From contig NC_043006.1 in NCBI RefSeq assembly GCF_006345805.1, positions 70,494,001-70,558,000 of the forward strand: a stretch of 64,000 nucleotides of DNA, given 5' to 3'. This document shows, piece after piece, positions 1 to 11,034 of the stretch (position 1 is the stretch's first letter; every line of letters begins with the position of its first letter). Both the position numbers and the translations under genes were made by a program. The notes below the pieces were generated by a model, which made no database searches, was not told the DNA's origin, and saw only the letters and a list, made by a program, of their open reading frames with translations. This DNA is from Octopus sinensis (lineage: Eukaryota).

Positions 1-97
1 TTGACCTCGGTGGAATTTGAACTCAGAACTTAAAGATGAACAAAATGCCAATAAGCATTTTGCGCAGTATGCTTACAATTCTGTCAGCTTGCTGTCT
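1..97 (-). mobile_element. SINE family D, head fragment (tRNA-derived)
   Basis: Reverse complement contains the B-box-like GAGTTCAAATTCC and the start of the family D central domain; truncated by the window edge. Confidence 0.7.
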
Positions 98-102
98 TTG
101 AC

Positions 103-315
103 TTCAAATTTTGGTACAAGGCCAGGAATTCCTGGGGGAAGGGGAAGTTGATTACATCAACCTCAGTACTTGACTGGTACTTTATTTTAATGACCCAAAA
201 GGTATGAATAGCAAAGTTGATCTCAATGGTATTTGAACTTGGAATATAAAGAGCTGGAAAAACTACCATTAAGCATTTTGTCCAACATGCTAATGGTTCT
301 GCCAGCTCACCACTA
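103..315 (-). mobile_element. SINE family D, near full length
   Basis: Matches many other copies in the window: tRNA-like head plus central GACTTTGCCTTTCATCCTTTCGGGGTCGATAAAATAAGTACCAG-like domain (resembles the Deu/Nin SINE domain from memory; needs a Dfam check). Confidence 0.8.
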
Positions 316-544
316 TAAACTGGTTTCTGATTTGTGCACAATGCCAGCAATTAGCTGATACTGTTGACCCCCAGAGGAAGATGGCTTTCCCCAATCCTCT
401 CAGCCTTGTCTACTGCATGACCTCTTTCCCCATAGACACTACACAGAAGAATACCACTTGCCCTGCTTTGTTAAGGGAAGGTGGTCAGGCATTTCTCACA
501 ATGGATTTGGCTTAGAGCTGAATTCATTCAAGCAAGGTCATTGC

Positions 545-760
545 CAGTGCTGCACGACTGGTCCTTGTGCTGGTGGCACATAAAAGCACCCACTACACTC
601 TCGGAGTGGTTGGCGTTATGAAGGGCATCCAGCTTTAGAAACTCTGCCAGATCAGATTGGAGCCTGGTGCAGCTATCTGGTTCGCCAGTCCTCAGTCAAA
701 TCATCCAACCCATGCTAGCATGGAAAACGGACGTTAAACGATGCCGCTGCTGACGACCTA
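545..760 (+). mobile_element. RTE-tail element, family F
   Basis: GTTGGCGTTA.GAAGGGCATCCAGC...CCAACCCATGCTAGCATGGAAAACGGACGTTAAACGATG, the same 3' end as the RTE LINE at 15831. Confidence 0.8.
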
Positions 761-1012
761 TAGTAATCACTGATCCAAAAGCCCTCTGAAACAGGCTGGC
801 TCGTTCATCATCATCAATGTCTAAAGTTACCTCAAGAATGTCCTTATTCTCACCATCAATAGATCTCTATTTTTTGCTCATATAGAACCTCCACTGAACA
901 TATTGCTCTACTGATAGAAGGCAGTGAGCTTTTTACTTTAAATGTGACTGTTGTCTTTATCAAAGCCAGTGACCGTGTACGGCTTCCTGTATTGACTTGT
1001 GTGCATGCATGC

Positions 1013-1044
<32 letters not shown>

Positions 1045-1087
1045 ATGTGCACACATGTGTGATATAATGAATGTATTGTGTAGTGTG

Positions 1088-1445
1088 TGGAGGCACAATG
1101 GCCCAGAGGTTAGGGCAGTGGACTCGCAGTCATAGGATTGCAGTTTCAATTCCCAGACCGGGCGTCGTGAGTGTTTATTGAGTGAAAACACTTAAAGCTC
1201 CATGAGGCTCTGGCAGGGGGTGTTGGCGAACACTGCTGTACTCTTTCACCACGACTTTCTCACTCTTACTTCCTGTTTCTGTTGTACCTGTAATTCAAAG
1301 GGCCAGCCTTGTCACACTCTGTGTCACGCTGAATCCCCTCGAGAACTATGTTAAGGGTACACATGTCTGTGGAGTGCTCAGCTACTTGCATGTTAATTTC
1401 ACAAACAGGCTGTTCTGTTGATTGGATCAAATGGAACCTTCGTCA
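1088..1445 (+). mobile_element. tRNA(Arg-like)-headed SINE, family C
   Basis: Head TGGCCCAGAGGTTAGGGCAGTGGACTCGCAGTC...GTTTCAATTCC (A/B boxes); tail shared with copies at 50394, 53310, 58255 and 62690. Confidence 0.8.
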
Positions 1446-1660
1446 TGTAGCGTGATATGATGTGATATAATATATTTTGTGGTGGGATAATAAGTTTGCC
1501 TTGTGTTGTGACAGCTGATATATTTTGTGTGTATATGATGTAATGAAATGCAATGCATGTGTATCTGATCTAAGTTGTATGGGTGTGTATATGTTGTGTT
1601 GTGATGCAATGTGTTGTATTTGTGTAATATAGTGTTGCAATGTAGTAACTGTATGGAAAT
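1446..1660. repeat. Degenerate pentamer-like (TGTGA/TGTAA) low-complexity tract
   Basis: Repeated tgtga/tgtat/tgtaa/tgcaa units. Confidence 0.55.
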
Positions 1661-1669
1661 TGCAGTTAA

Positions 1670-2000
1670 GATACCTGTGCCAGTGACATGTAAAAAGCAC
1701 TGTCCGAACGTGGCAGATGCCAGCGCTGCCTGATTGGCGTCCATGTCAGTGACATGTAAAAGCACCAACCGATTGTGGCCATTTGCCAGCCTCCCCTGGC
1801 CCCTGTGCTGGTGGCATGTAAAAAGCACCCACTACACTCATGGAGTTGTTGGCGTTAGGATGGGCATCCTGCTGTAGAAACACTGCCAGAGCAGACTGCA
1901 ACCTGGTGCAGCCTCCTGGCTTCCCAGACCCTGGTCGAACTGTCCAACCCATGCTAGCATGGAAAACGGACGTTAAATGATGATGATGATGATGATGATA
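1670..2000 (+). mobile_element. RTE-tail element, family F, with 5' subrepeats
   Basis: Three ACATGTAAAAAGCAC units, then the RTE 3' end and a (GAT)n tail. Confidence 0.8.
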
Positions 2001-2019
2001 CCAATAGCACTAGTTATAC

Positions 2020-2720
2020 CAACAATTGTTATTCACAATTACATTCACTACCACTTCCACAACAAATATCACTACACACCTCTTCTAGTACTACTACCTC
2101 TACTACTACATGCCACTACTAGCACTACTATAACTATATACAGCTACTAGTATTACCACTACCAATACTACTACTAGTACTGCCACCACTACCAGTAGTA
2201 CTACTGCTTCAACCACTACTGGTACAACCGTAACCCTTACTACTACTACTACTACTCGTACTGTCACTGCCACATCCACTACATCTCATCTGTAAAGTCA
2301 CTAAGACTGCTGTACACCACCCAACTACCACGACTGCTGCTACCGACACTAGTAGCCCTACCACTACTGTGACTGCTGTACACAACTACCACCATTGCTA
2401 CTACCATCACCACCACCACTACCACACTCTACAGCTGGGAACCCATCAGTAGAATGTCTCCCAGTAGTTCTCCTCTGACTCTGAACTACTTTACACATCA
2501 CTGCCACCACCACCACCACCACCACCACCACCCTACTACTACTACATACACCACTATACATATATACCACTCTCAAACACCAAACTACTTTACACATGCA
2601 CACTACTACTACTACTACTACGACTACTACTACTGTTGCTTCTGCTGCTACTTCTGTGACTACTAATACTACCACCACCACCACTACCACCACTGCTACC
2701 ACAACTATTACTACCACCAT

Positions 2721-2757
<37 letters not shown>

Positions 2758-2830
2758 GCCACCACTATTACCACCACCATCACTACTACTGCTGCTGCTG
2801 CTGTACAACCATGCCACACTCACAACCATT
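2020..2830. repeat. (ACT)n/(ACC)n/(GCT)n compound trinucleotide field
   Basis: Direct reading; explains the poly-Thr, poly-Val and poly-His ORFs. Confidence 0.9.
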
Positions 2831-3127
2831 CTGTGCTGTCAACCACAACCATGCTGTCACAACTGCACCATGCAGTCACAACCATGCTGCGCTATCGCAT
2901 ACATCAATACCACCTACGCGTGCCATTTCTCCTTTGCACCAGACATCGCTACCACTATCGCACAAAGATCATGCCTCCTCATTCAGCTGACCACCACTCC
3001 ATATCATGGAACTACTTTATCAAGGCTGACCTGAGGGCTACAACAAGAACAACTGCCTCTACTACCTCCCACTCTTCTTTTCACTGTTGTCCTCTTCTCT
3101 AGCTATCACTATAGCCAGTCTCCTCCT

Positions 3128-3138
3128 ACACACACATA

Positions 3139-3196
<58 letters not shown>

Positions 3197-3567
3197 CACA
3201 CACATATACACATATACACACACATACTATATCTTATATAATCACTGCTGCTAGTGTATGTGAGACTATTGCTGTTTGATGTCATACAGAATTTCTTGGA
3301 CGATATTCAGGTGTGTAAGTGGGTGTATATATTCTTTTACTTGTTTCAGTCATTTGACTGCGGCTATGCTGGAGCATCACCTTTAGTCGAACAAATCAAC
3401 CCCAGGACCTATTCTTTGTAAGCCTAGTACTTATTGTATCGGTCTCTTTTACTGAACCACTAAGTTACCTGGATGTAAACATACCAACATCGGTCGTCAA
3501 GCGATGTTGGGGGGACAAACACACACACACAAACATATACACACACATACATATACATAAATATATA

Positions 3568-3616
<49 letters not shown>

Positions 3617-3965
3617 CACACACATATACACATATACACACACATACTATATCTTATATAATCACTGCTGCTAGTGTATGTGAGACTATTGCTGTTTGAT
3701 GTCATACAGAATTTCTTGGACGATATTCAGGTGTGTAAGTGGGTGTATATATTCTTTTACTTGTTTCAGTCATTTGACTGCGGCTATGCTGGAGCATCAC
3801 CTTTAGTCGAACAAATCAACCCCAGGACCTATTCTTTGTAAGCCTAGTACTTATTGTATCGGTCTCTTTTACTGAACCACTAAGTTACCTGGATGTAAAC
3901 ATACCAACATCGGTCGTCAAGCGATGTTGGGGGGACAAACACACACACACAAACATATACACACA
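3128..3965. repeat. ~420 bp tandem duplication
   Basis: 3181-3545 recurs at 3601-3965 (offset 420) with no difference I could see; units are bounded by (TA)n/(CA)n. Confidence 0.9.
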
Positions 3966-3970
3966 CATAC

Positions 3971-4013
<43 letters not shown>

Positions 4014-4180
4014 TATACAACAGGCTTCTTCCAGTTTCTGTCTACCAAATCTACTCACAAGGCTTTGGTCGACTCGATGCTATTGTAGAACACACTTGTC
4101 CAAGGTGCCACGCAGTGGGACTGAATCCGGGACCATGTGGTTGGTAAGCAAGCTACTTACCATACAGCCACTCCTGCACC
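3753..4180 (-). mobile_element. SINE family A, full length
   Basis: Reverse complement: GGAGTGGCTGT.TGGTAAGTAGCTTGCTTACCAACCACATGG head, internal (TA/TG)n, tail ...GCTCCAGCAT.GCCGCAGTCAAATGACTGAAACAAGTAAAAGA. Confidence 0.85.
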
Positions 4181-4326
4181 TTCCGCCGAGGTCGACTTTG
4201 CCTTTCATCCTTTCGGGGTCGATAAATTAAGTACCAGTTACGCACTGGGGTTGATGTAATCGACTTAATCCGTTTGTCTGTCCTTGTTTGTCCCCTCTGT
4301 GTTTAGCCCCATGTGGATAGTAAGAA
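4181..4326 (+). mobile_element. SINE family D, alternative-tail subfamily, headless
   Basis: Central domain followed by AATCCGTTTGTCTGTCCTTGTTTGTCCCCTCTGTGTTTAGCCCC, as at 52787 and 57240. Confidence 0.8.
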
Positions 4327-4346
4327 ATATATACATACATATATAC

Positions 4347-4435
<89 letters not shown>
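4327..4435. repeat. (TA)n microsatellite
   Basis: Direct reading. Confidence 0.95.
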
Positions 4436-4437
<2 letters not shown>

Positions 4438-4439
4438 TC

Positions 4440-4580
4440 AGTTGGTCAATCGGTGACATTGGTTGTCCTTCCTGTCACCAACCCTTATCTGTTTCCAAGC
4501 AAGGTAATATTTTCCCACCACCAGACATGTTGTCATGGAATGTTGGAAATGAATGAAATTCATTTACAATAATTGAGCAA
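4440..4580 (-). mobile_element. RTE-tail element, family H fragment
   Basis: CTTCCTGTCACCAACCCT...TTTCCAAGCAAGGTAATAT shared with 6961, 20595, 26520 and 48770. Confidence 0.7.
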
Positions 4581-4785
4581 TGTCTAGACATGGAGACACA
4601 ACCATACACAGATTCACATTCACACACATACACACATACACACACACACACACAAACACACACACATACATACACACACACATACACACAAACACACGCA
4701 CATACTTACACACACAAATTTACACACATACATTATTTACATTATTTACAATTGACGGATATTTGTCCTCAACTTGTTTGTTGTT

Positions 4786-4831
4786 AACACAACATTTTGG
4801 CTGATATACCCTCCAGCCTTTATCAGGTGTC
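4786..4831 (-). ncRNA. Degenerate minimal type I hammerhead (left arm of copy 1)
   Basis: Reverse complement: GACAC CTGATAA A GGCTG-N10-CAGCC AAAA TGT T GTGTT. Stems I and II intact; G8 and G12 mutated. Confidence 0.6.
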
Positions 4832-4880
4832 CTGGGGAAATTTCGAACCTAGGTTCTCATTCCTGAGGTATTTTTCAATG

Positions 4881-4942
<62 letters not shown>

Positions 4943-5097
4943 TCCCTGCTTGTAATTGAACTTGGAATGTTGGGGTTAAGAGCGCGGGCTACTAACCCCA
5001 AGATTCGAGTTCAATTGCAGGCAGTGACCTGAATAATAATAATAGCAACATCGAAAAATACCTTAGGAATGAGACTCCGGTTTCGAAATTTCCCCAA

Positions 5098-5142
5098 GAT
5101 ACCTGATGAAGGCTGGAGTGTATATCAGCCGAAACGTATTAA
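5098..5142 (+). ncRNA. Hammerhead remnant (right arm of copy 1)
   Basis: CTGATGA (5103-5109) A GGCTG-N10-CAGCC GAAA (5131-5134) CGT A. Core and stem II intact; the 3' strand of stem I is missing. Confidence 0.6.
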
Positions 5143-6092
5143 CAACAAACAAGATGAGGACAAATATCCGTCAAATGTAAATAATGTACATAATTCCTCA
5201 TCTCTTAAATATAAAACTGCTTTACACACACGTTCACATGCACAAATTTTCACACACATAGACTTACACTCTCACACACACACACACACACACTCACATA
5301 TGATGGGCTTCTTTCAGCTTCCATGTACTAAAGTCACACAAGAGTTTGGTCGACCCGTGGCTATAGTAGAAGACACTTGCCCACAATGGGACAGAACCCA
5401 AACCATGTCGTTGGGAAGCAAATTTCTTAACCGCACAGCTATGCAATCCCAGACTACGACCAACACCTTAACACTACACACTACAACCTTTACATCACAC
5501 CACAACACTATATACCAACACCTACCAGTCCTCTCTATTGGCCTTTAATGTGTTGTTTGTAAGTCGCTACCCCTCCCCACCATAATCCATTCAGCTTCCA
5601 CTCACTCCCACCACCACCAGCTGATAGAATGGGAGGAGGAGGAGGCATATCATTACCACTATACATATCACACACACAAGCAGTATATGCTGTACTGAGG
5701 TAGATTGGTTTATTGTGCCTTTTCAGCTTTACTCTACTACAAATATTCAAAGTCTTCAATGTCAATTATATTCACTGTTAGGTTTTATATCTCCATTATA
5801 GTGAAATAATACACTCCTACAATTTCTCTCCTCATATTTTGCTCCAGAATTATTAAGGTTTCCATTTTTCTTCTTTTTTTTTATTGTTTGATTTTTTTTT
5901 GATAATCAACATTGTGCCCAATATATAGTATTTTCAATAAAATCAAATATAACAAATCAACCTCAGGACTTATTCTTTGTAAGCCTAGTACTTTTTCTAT
6001 TGGTCTCTTTTGCCGTACTGCTAAGTTACAGGGACATAAACACACCAACATTGGTTGTCAAGCGATGGTGGGAAGACAAACACAGACTAACA

Positions 6093-6222
6093 AACATACA
6101 CACACACACACCACACACACACACACATATATATGTATATATATATGTATATATATATGCTCACACACAACGGAAGTCTCGTGATGCAAACAAGAAAAAC
6201 AGCTAAATATGAGTATAAATAT

Positions 6223-6255
<33 letters not shown>

Positions 6256-6456
6256 TAATATTCTGATGAGTACTAACACATGAAACTCTCAGCCCTTGTG
6301 TCATCACTCAATTGCTTCTGTTAAGAGACACACACACACACACACACCACACACACACACACACACACATATATATGTATATATATATGTATATATATAT
6401 GCTCACACACACACGGAAGTCTCGTGATGCAAACAAGAAAAACAGCTAAATATGAG

Positions 6457-6492
<36 letters not shown>

Positions 6493-6565
6493 ATATTCTG
6501 ATGAGTACTAACACATGAAACTCTCAGCCCTTGTGTCATCACTCAATTGCTTCTGTTAAGAGACA
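6093..6565. repeat. ~235-242 bp tandem duplication, each unit with CTGATGA...GAAAC
   Basis: GGAAGTCTCGTGATGC...CTGTTAAGAG occurs twice, identical except for microsatellite lengths. Confidence 0.85.
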
Positions 6566-6589
6566 CACACACACACACACACACACACA

Positions 6590-6916
6590 CATTATCATTT
6601 GACATCTGCTTTCCGTGCTGGCATGACTGCGCCAAATTTTACTTCTCTGCTTTGACATGGTTTCTGTGGCTGGGTGCCCTTCCTAATGCCAACCATTTTA
6701 CTGAATGTATTGGGTGCTTTTTTATATAGCACCAGCACCTGTGAGGTCACCAAATAATTTACAAGACAAAACCCCTCAACCTAGAGGAGAAGAAGTAGAG
6801 AAGGAGATGGCTTTCTACCGGAGACAAGAAATTTGAGTATTAATAGAGTGACAGAAACAGGCATCTTGTTAAGGAGATACATTGCTACCTCGGTAGGAAG
6901 AAGGAAGGACGTTGCA

Positions 6917-6947
<31 letters not shown>

Positions 6948-6960
6948 CTCTTTGCCTTGA
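6590..6960 (-). mobile_element. 5'-truncated RTE copy (3' UTR only)
   Basis: Family F 3' end continuing into sequence similar to the LINE 3' UTR at ~16000-16200. Confidence 0.65.
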
Positions 6961-7172
6961 CATTGCATGGTAGCTGTAAATGAGTCTCAGTCATGCAAGT
7001 GGTGTCTTTCATTTCCGATCTTCCTTGAAAGCATGTCTAGTCATGGGGAACATGGCCTTATTTGGAAGAAGGTGAGGGTTAGTGACAGGGCGGGCATTCA
7101 TCTAGAAAATCTGCCTCAACAGATTCCATCTGACCCATAGAAAGGTGGAGGCTAAACAATGATGATGATGAT
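6961..7172 (+). mobile_element. RTE-tail element, family H
   Basis: GGTGAGGGTTAGTGACAGG..GGGCAT...AGAAAATCTGCCTCAACAGATTCCATCTGACCCAT followed by (GAT)n. Confidence 0.65.
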
Positions 7173-7364
7173 GTCATATAATCTGCCCTCTATTCTCATT
7201 GAAAAGTCCTTTGTCGTCAGCAAGGGTAAATTGCTCCCTGCAAATTTTTACCATTGTCTATCCTGGCTACTGTTAATTAGGTTAACAAATAATAAAAACT
7301 GTCAGCTACTTCATGGGAAGTAACAAAGCATTTGAAGGAGTTTGTCTTATAGATACCACAGGCG

Positions 7365-7960
7365 TGACTATGTGGTAAAAAGTTTGCTTCTCAACCACAT
7401 GGTTCTGAGTTCAGTACCTCTGTAAGGTACTTTGGGCAAATGTCTTCTACTATAGTCCCAGGCCAAGCCAAATCCTTCTGAGTAGATTTGTAGATGGAAA
7501 CTAAAAGAAGCCCATCATATTTATGTATGTTTATACAGATCTTACTCTGTAGACTCTGAAGGTGATAGTTTTTGTAAAGGTCATTCACTTTTTACAATCG
7601 ATCAGTTGAACAATTGAGTAAATAGAACTATGAACGCACCTAAAAGTTGTATCAGAAACAGCTGTAAGTCTGAGATGCACAAATAAATAAATGTGTAAAA
7701 ACCATTATTTTTGCCTTTTCTATGTATATATCTGTGGGGATGACTGTCTTTGTGTTTGTCCCCACCACCACTACCGTTTGACAACTGGTATTGGTTTGTT
7801 TACATCCCCATAATTTTGTGGTTTAGCAAGTGAGACCAATAGAATAAGTACAAGACTTGAAAAACAATTAAGTACCAGGGTTGATTTGTTCAAATAAACC
7901 CTACATGACAGTGCCCCAGCATGGTCACAGTTCAATGACCAAAACAAATAAAAAAGGAAG
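7365..7960 (+). mobile_element. SINE family A interrupted by a hammerhead-bearing insert
   Basis: Head half 7365-7535 and tail half 7740-7960; the insert lies in the internal microsatellite. Confidence 0.75.
7551..7671 (+). ncRNA. Type I hammerhead with extended stem II
   Basis: AGACT (7551-55) CTGAAGG TGATA...TATCA (7650-54) GAA ACAGCTGT A (7666) AGTCT (7667-71). 5 bp stem I, 5 bp base of stem II, palindromic stem III, GUA site; A9 is G. Confidence 0.6.
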
Positions 7961-8310
7961 ATATACAGATTTCCTCATTGCTAACTACTTTCATGCACCT
8001 GTTATATTGATGGTCTTTCTCTGTCAACCTGCTTGTGATCCACTTCATCTTTTATGCCTTTCACAGGGTCCCCTGTACAGAATTCCATATATCAATCATA
8101 GCCATTTTCCAAATGGTAGTCCTGTCTTCTTTCCAGCTAATTAAATCTTTTGTCTGTGTTAGATTTATTCTAAGGTTTCTTGATTCTAGGCTCTGCTTCC
8201 ACATTTTTAATTTCTTCTCTAATTCTTTGACAAATTCTGCTATGAGAACTAGGTCACCAGCTTATAGAATTTCCCATGTATAGCCAATCTTAAATTGCTC
8301 TATTGCAGTT
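7960..8310 (-). pseudogene. RTE LINE reverse-transcriptase fragment
   Basis: Hand translation FKIGYTWEIL*AGDLVLIAEFVKELEKKLKMWKQSLESRNLRINLTQTK, a decayed YADD motif and the downstream RTE region. Confidence 0.8.
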
Positions 8311-8599
8311 GTGTACCAAGAACTTCCCATTCAAAATGGGTGGGAGTAATCCCATTAAATTGTTTGATGCTGATAAAATTTTTCTCTTCTAGTAGGGAAG
8401 AATGTAATGTTGCCACTGTTACTTAATGTGCATGCCTGTGGGTTTCCATACTTAGAGCCAGGAGTAGTCTAGACTACCATAGAATTAACACATACAACAT
8501 GATACTCTTAGCTGTGTGACTAAACAACTGAATTAAATAAACTTGGAAAACAGCTGCCAGGTTTTATAGTGTCGTTATGTCTGCGTGTGTGTGTGTGGG

Positions 8600-9075
8600 A
8601 AGAGGTTTGTTTCCCAACTACAGGGTTCTAGGATCATTCCCACCACATAGTACCTTGGGCCTTATCTTCTGTTATAGCCTTGGGCCAGCCAAAGACTTGT
8701 GAGTGGGTTTGGTAGATGGGAACTGAAAGAAGCCCATTGTGTATGTATGTATGTGTGTATGTATGTGTGTGTGTATGTGTGTGTGTGTGTGTGCGCGTGC
8801 GTGTGTGTGTGTATGTATGTATGCATGCATGTATGTATGTGTGTGTGTATGTATGTATGTATGTATGTATGTATGTATGTTTGTATGCATGCATGTGTGT
8901 ATGTATGTGTGTCCTCATCACTGCTTGACAACCAATGCTGGTTTGTTTGCATCCTTGTAACTTAGTGGTTCTGCCAAAGAGACTGATAGAATAAGTTCTA
9001 GAGTTGGTTCATTCAACTAAAACCCTTCAAGGCAAGTGCCCCAGCATGGCCGAAGTCTAATATCTGAAATAATAA
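8600..9075 (+). mobile_element. SINE family A
   Basis: Head, expanded (TG/TATG)n, tail. Confidence 0.8.
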
Positions 9076-9109
9076 AAAGATGGAAGATATATATTGTGTG
9101 TGTATATCA

Positions 9110-9340
9110 TCATCATCATCATTTTTATGTCTACTGGCTTGGGTTGGACAAGTCATCATGCTTTGATTCATCCCCTGTCGAGAGCTGCCCCTCCTTCATA
9201 TGTGGTGTTATTTGGCTTGGTTTCTACGACTGGACACCTCCTCCTACTGCCAACCTCTTCGCAGAGGGCACTAGGTACTTTTTCTGCAGCACCCACATCA
9301 GACCTCAGAACTCTGTGCATTCTCTACTCAAACTTGCCTC
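9110..9340 (-). mobile_element. RTE-tail element (diverged family F)
   Basis: (CAT)n followed by GGGTTGGACAAG...GGTTTCTACGACTGGACACC. Confidence 0.55.
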
Positions 9341-9352
9341 ACATTTTTTAGG

Positions 9353-9408
9353 GTAGAGGGCACCCAGGTAGAGGGCACCCAAGTAGAGGGCACCCAGGTA
9401 GAGGGCAC
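9353..9408. repeat. 15 bp tandem repeat GTAGAGGGCACCCAG x ~3.7
   Basis: Direct reading. Confidence 0.9.
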
Positions 9409-9589
9409 ATTTTATAGGGTAGAGACACTTGGTGTCTTTAAACTGTTTTGTCTACAGAGAGAATTTTTCTCCATGACAAAATGCAATGACTAGCTTCCTT
9501 ATGGGTTTATTCTGATATTCTTTTACGTGCTTTAGTAATTTGATTGTGGCCATGTTGGAACACCATCTTAAAGGGTTTTTTTTTTTTTA

Positions 9590-10005
9590 GTTGAAGAAAT
9601 CGACCCCCGGACTTATTCTTTGTAAGCCTGTTACTTATTCTCTTTTGCTGAACCGCTAAGCTACAGGGACATAAACACACCAGCATTGTGATGGTGGGGG
9701 GCACAAACACAGACACACACACACACACACACACACACATATGATGCATTTCTTTCCATCTGTCTCTTTTGCCGAACTGCTAAGTTATGGGGACATAAAC
9801 ACAGACACAAAGACACACATACATAAACATGTACATATATATACACAACAGGCTCCTTTCAGTTTCCATCTACCAAATCCACTAACGATGCTTTGGTCAA
9901 CCCAAGGCTATAGTAGAAGACATTTGCCCCAGGTGCCATGCAGTGGGGCTGAACCCGGAACCATGGGATTGGGAAGCAGGCTTCTTACCACGCAACCATG
10001 CCTGG
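9590..10005 (-). mobile_element. SINE family A with internal partial duplication
   Basis: CTTTTGC.GAAC.GCTAAG..A..GGGACATAAACAC occurs twice (near 9645 and 9765). Confidence 0.75.
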
Positions 10006-10397
10006 ACCTGTCTCCAGCATATTTGAACTGGCAACAAGTTTATATTTATTTACATCACTGCTTAGCACTTCTAATCCATATTTTGATACAGCTGGGCTGC
10101 TGATTAACACAACCAGTCACAGTACTTGGACTAGAATATAATAAGAGAGACCTGATCTCTCGTGCTCAGTTCAGAGCACCTCTCTTTTCAGTGTTTGATG
10201 CTGAAGAGGCAATAACTAAACCCAAACGCTTGCAGCCACTGATCTGGGTAGACGATGTCCCAGACTGACAAGGTGTGTTTATACTTTTTTGTCTACAGTG
10301 AGAATTTATCTCCATGACAAAATGCAGTGGGGCTTTCTTACGGGATTAAAATGTATCTCAAGCATATTTGAATTGGTAACAAGTTCATACTTTATAG

Positions 10398-10662
10398 CAG
10401 CGGTTCTCAACCAAGGTCCACACTGGCTTTTGGACAGGGTCCACATAAGATTTTGTTGTTAAAATTTATGTGCAATAAATTTGGTTATACTTCTATGATA
10501 CACAAAATATTTTAACAGCTATTTTTATACGATTCCTTGTAACATTTAATTATAATTATAATTATATATTAAAATCTTAATTATAATAAGATTTTTTAAA
10601 CATCAAATGGCTATAGGAGTTCAGTAAATTGAAATGGGAATCAAAATGGTGAAGAACCAGTG
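10398..10662. mobile_element. hAT (Charlie-like) MITE
   Basis: TIR CAGCGGTTCTCAACC ... GGTGAAGAACCAGTG; 8 bp flanks CTTTATAG / CCTTGTAG (6/8). Same family as 43931, in opposite orientation. Confidence 0.75.
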
Positions 10663-10995
10663 CCTTGTAGGGTGTACTAAGATCATTTTGTAGTACCATT
10701 ACTAGAAAGATTGTCTTGTTCACCTGTCACTTTGAGGGAGCATGAGTTGTCCCCTGTTTGTTGTAGTGCCAATACATTGGTAGTGGTTGTGTGTGTGTAT
10801 GGGGGGAATGCTTTGTATACAAGAGAGTTCAGAGTGTACTCAGAGCTAGACCATGTTGACTAGGGAAACCAGGTGGGGCAGAGAATAATGCCAGTGAGGA
10901 GGGAAGAAAAGAGTGGAGGAAGGAAGTATGTGCCAAGATTATTCAAAAACCTAGGGTGTGTATATTTCCCCAGGTGACAAAGGATGGGTTGGAAT

Positions 10996-11034
<39 letters not shown>

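Larger units (their letters stand above)
4731..5219. mobile_element. Palindromic tRNA-head + hammerhead element (copy 1), putative non-autonomous PLE/SINE
   Basis: Left arm 4731-4978 is the reverse complement of right arm ~4992-5190. Each arm carries a B-box region, (AAT)n, a body and an HHR remnant. Same family as 50881-51446 and 34660-34845. Confidence 0.8.

Noticed and set aside
2364-3102. Poly-Thr mucin-like ORF and poly-Val antisense ORF
   Set aside because: Trinucleotide repeat; no splice or domain evidence.
8464-8570. 14 bp palindrome GTAGTCTAGACTAC and nearby GAAAACAGCTGCC
   Set aside because: No CUGANGA core or stem I could be fitted; one short palindrome in 64 kb is not compelling.
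9353-9408. CRISPR-like direct repeats
   Set aside because: Contiguous 15 bp tandem repeat without spacers, in a eukaryotic context with no cas genes.
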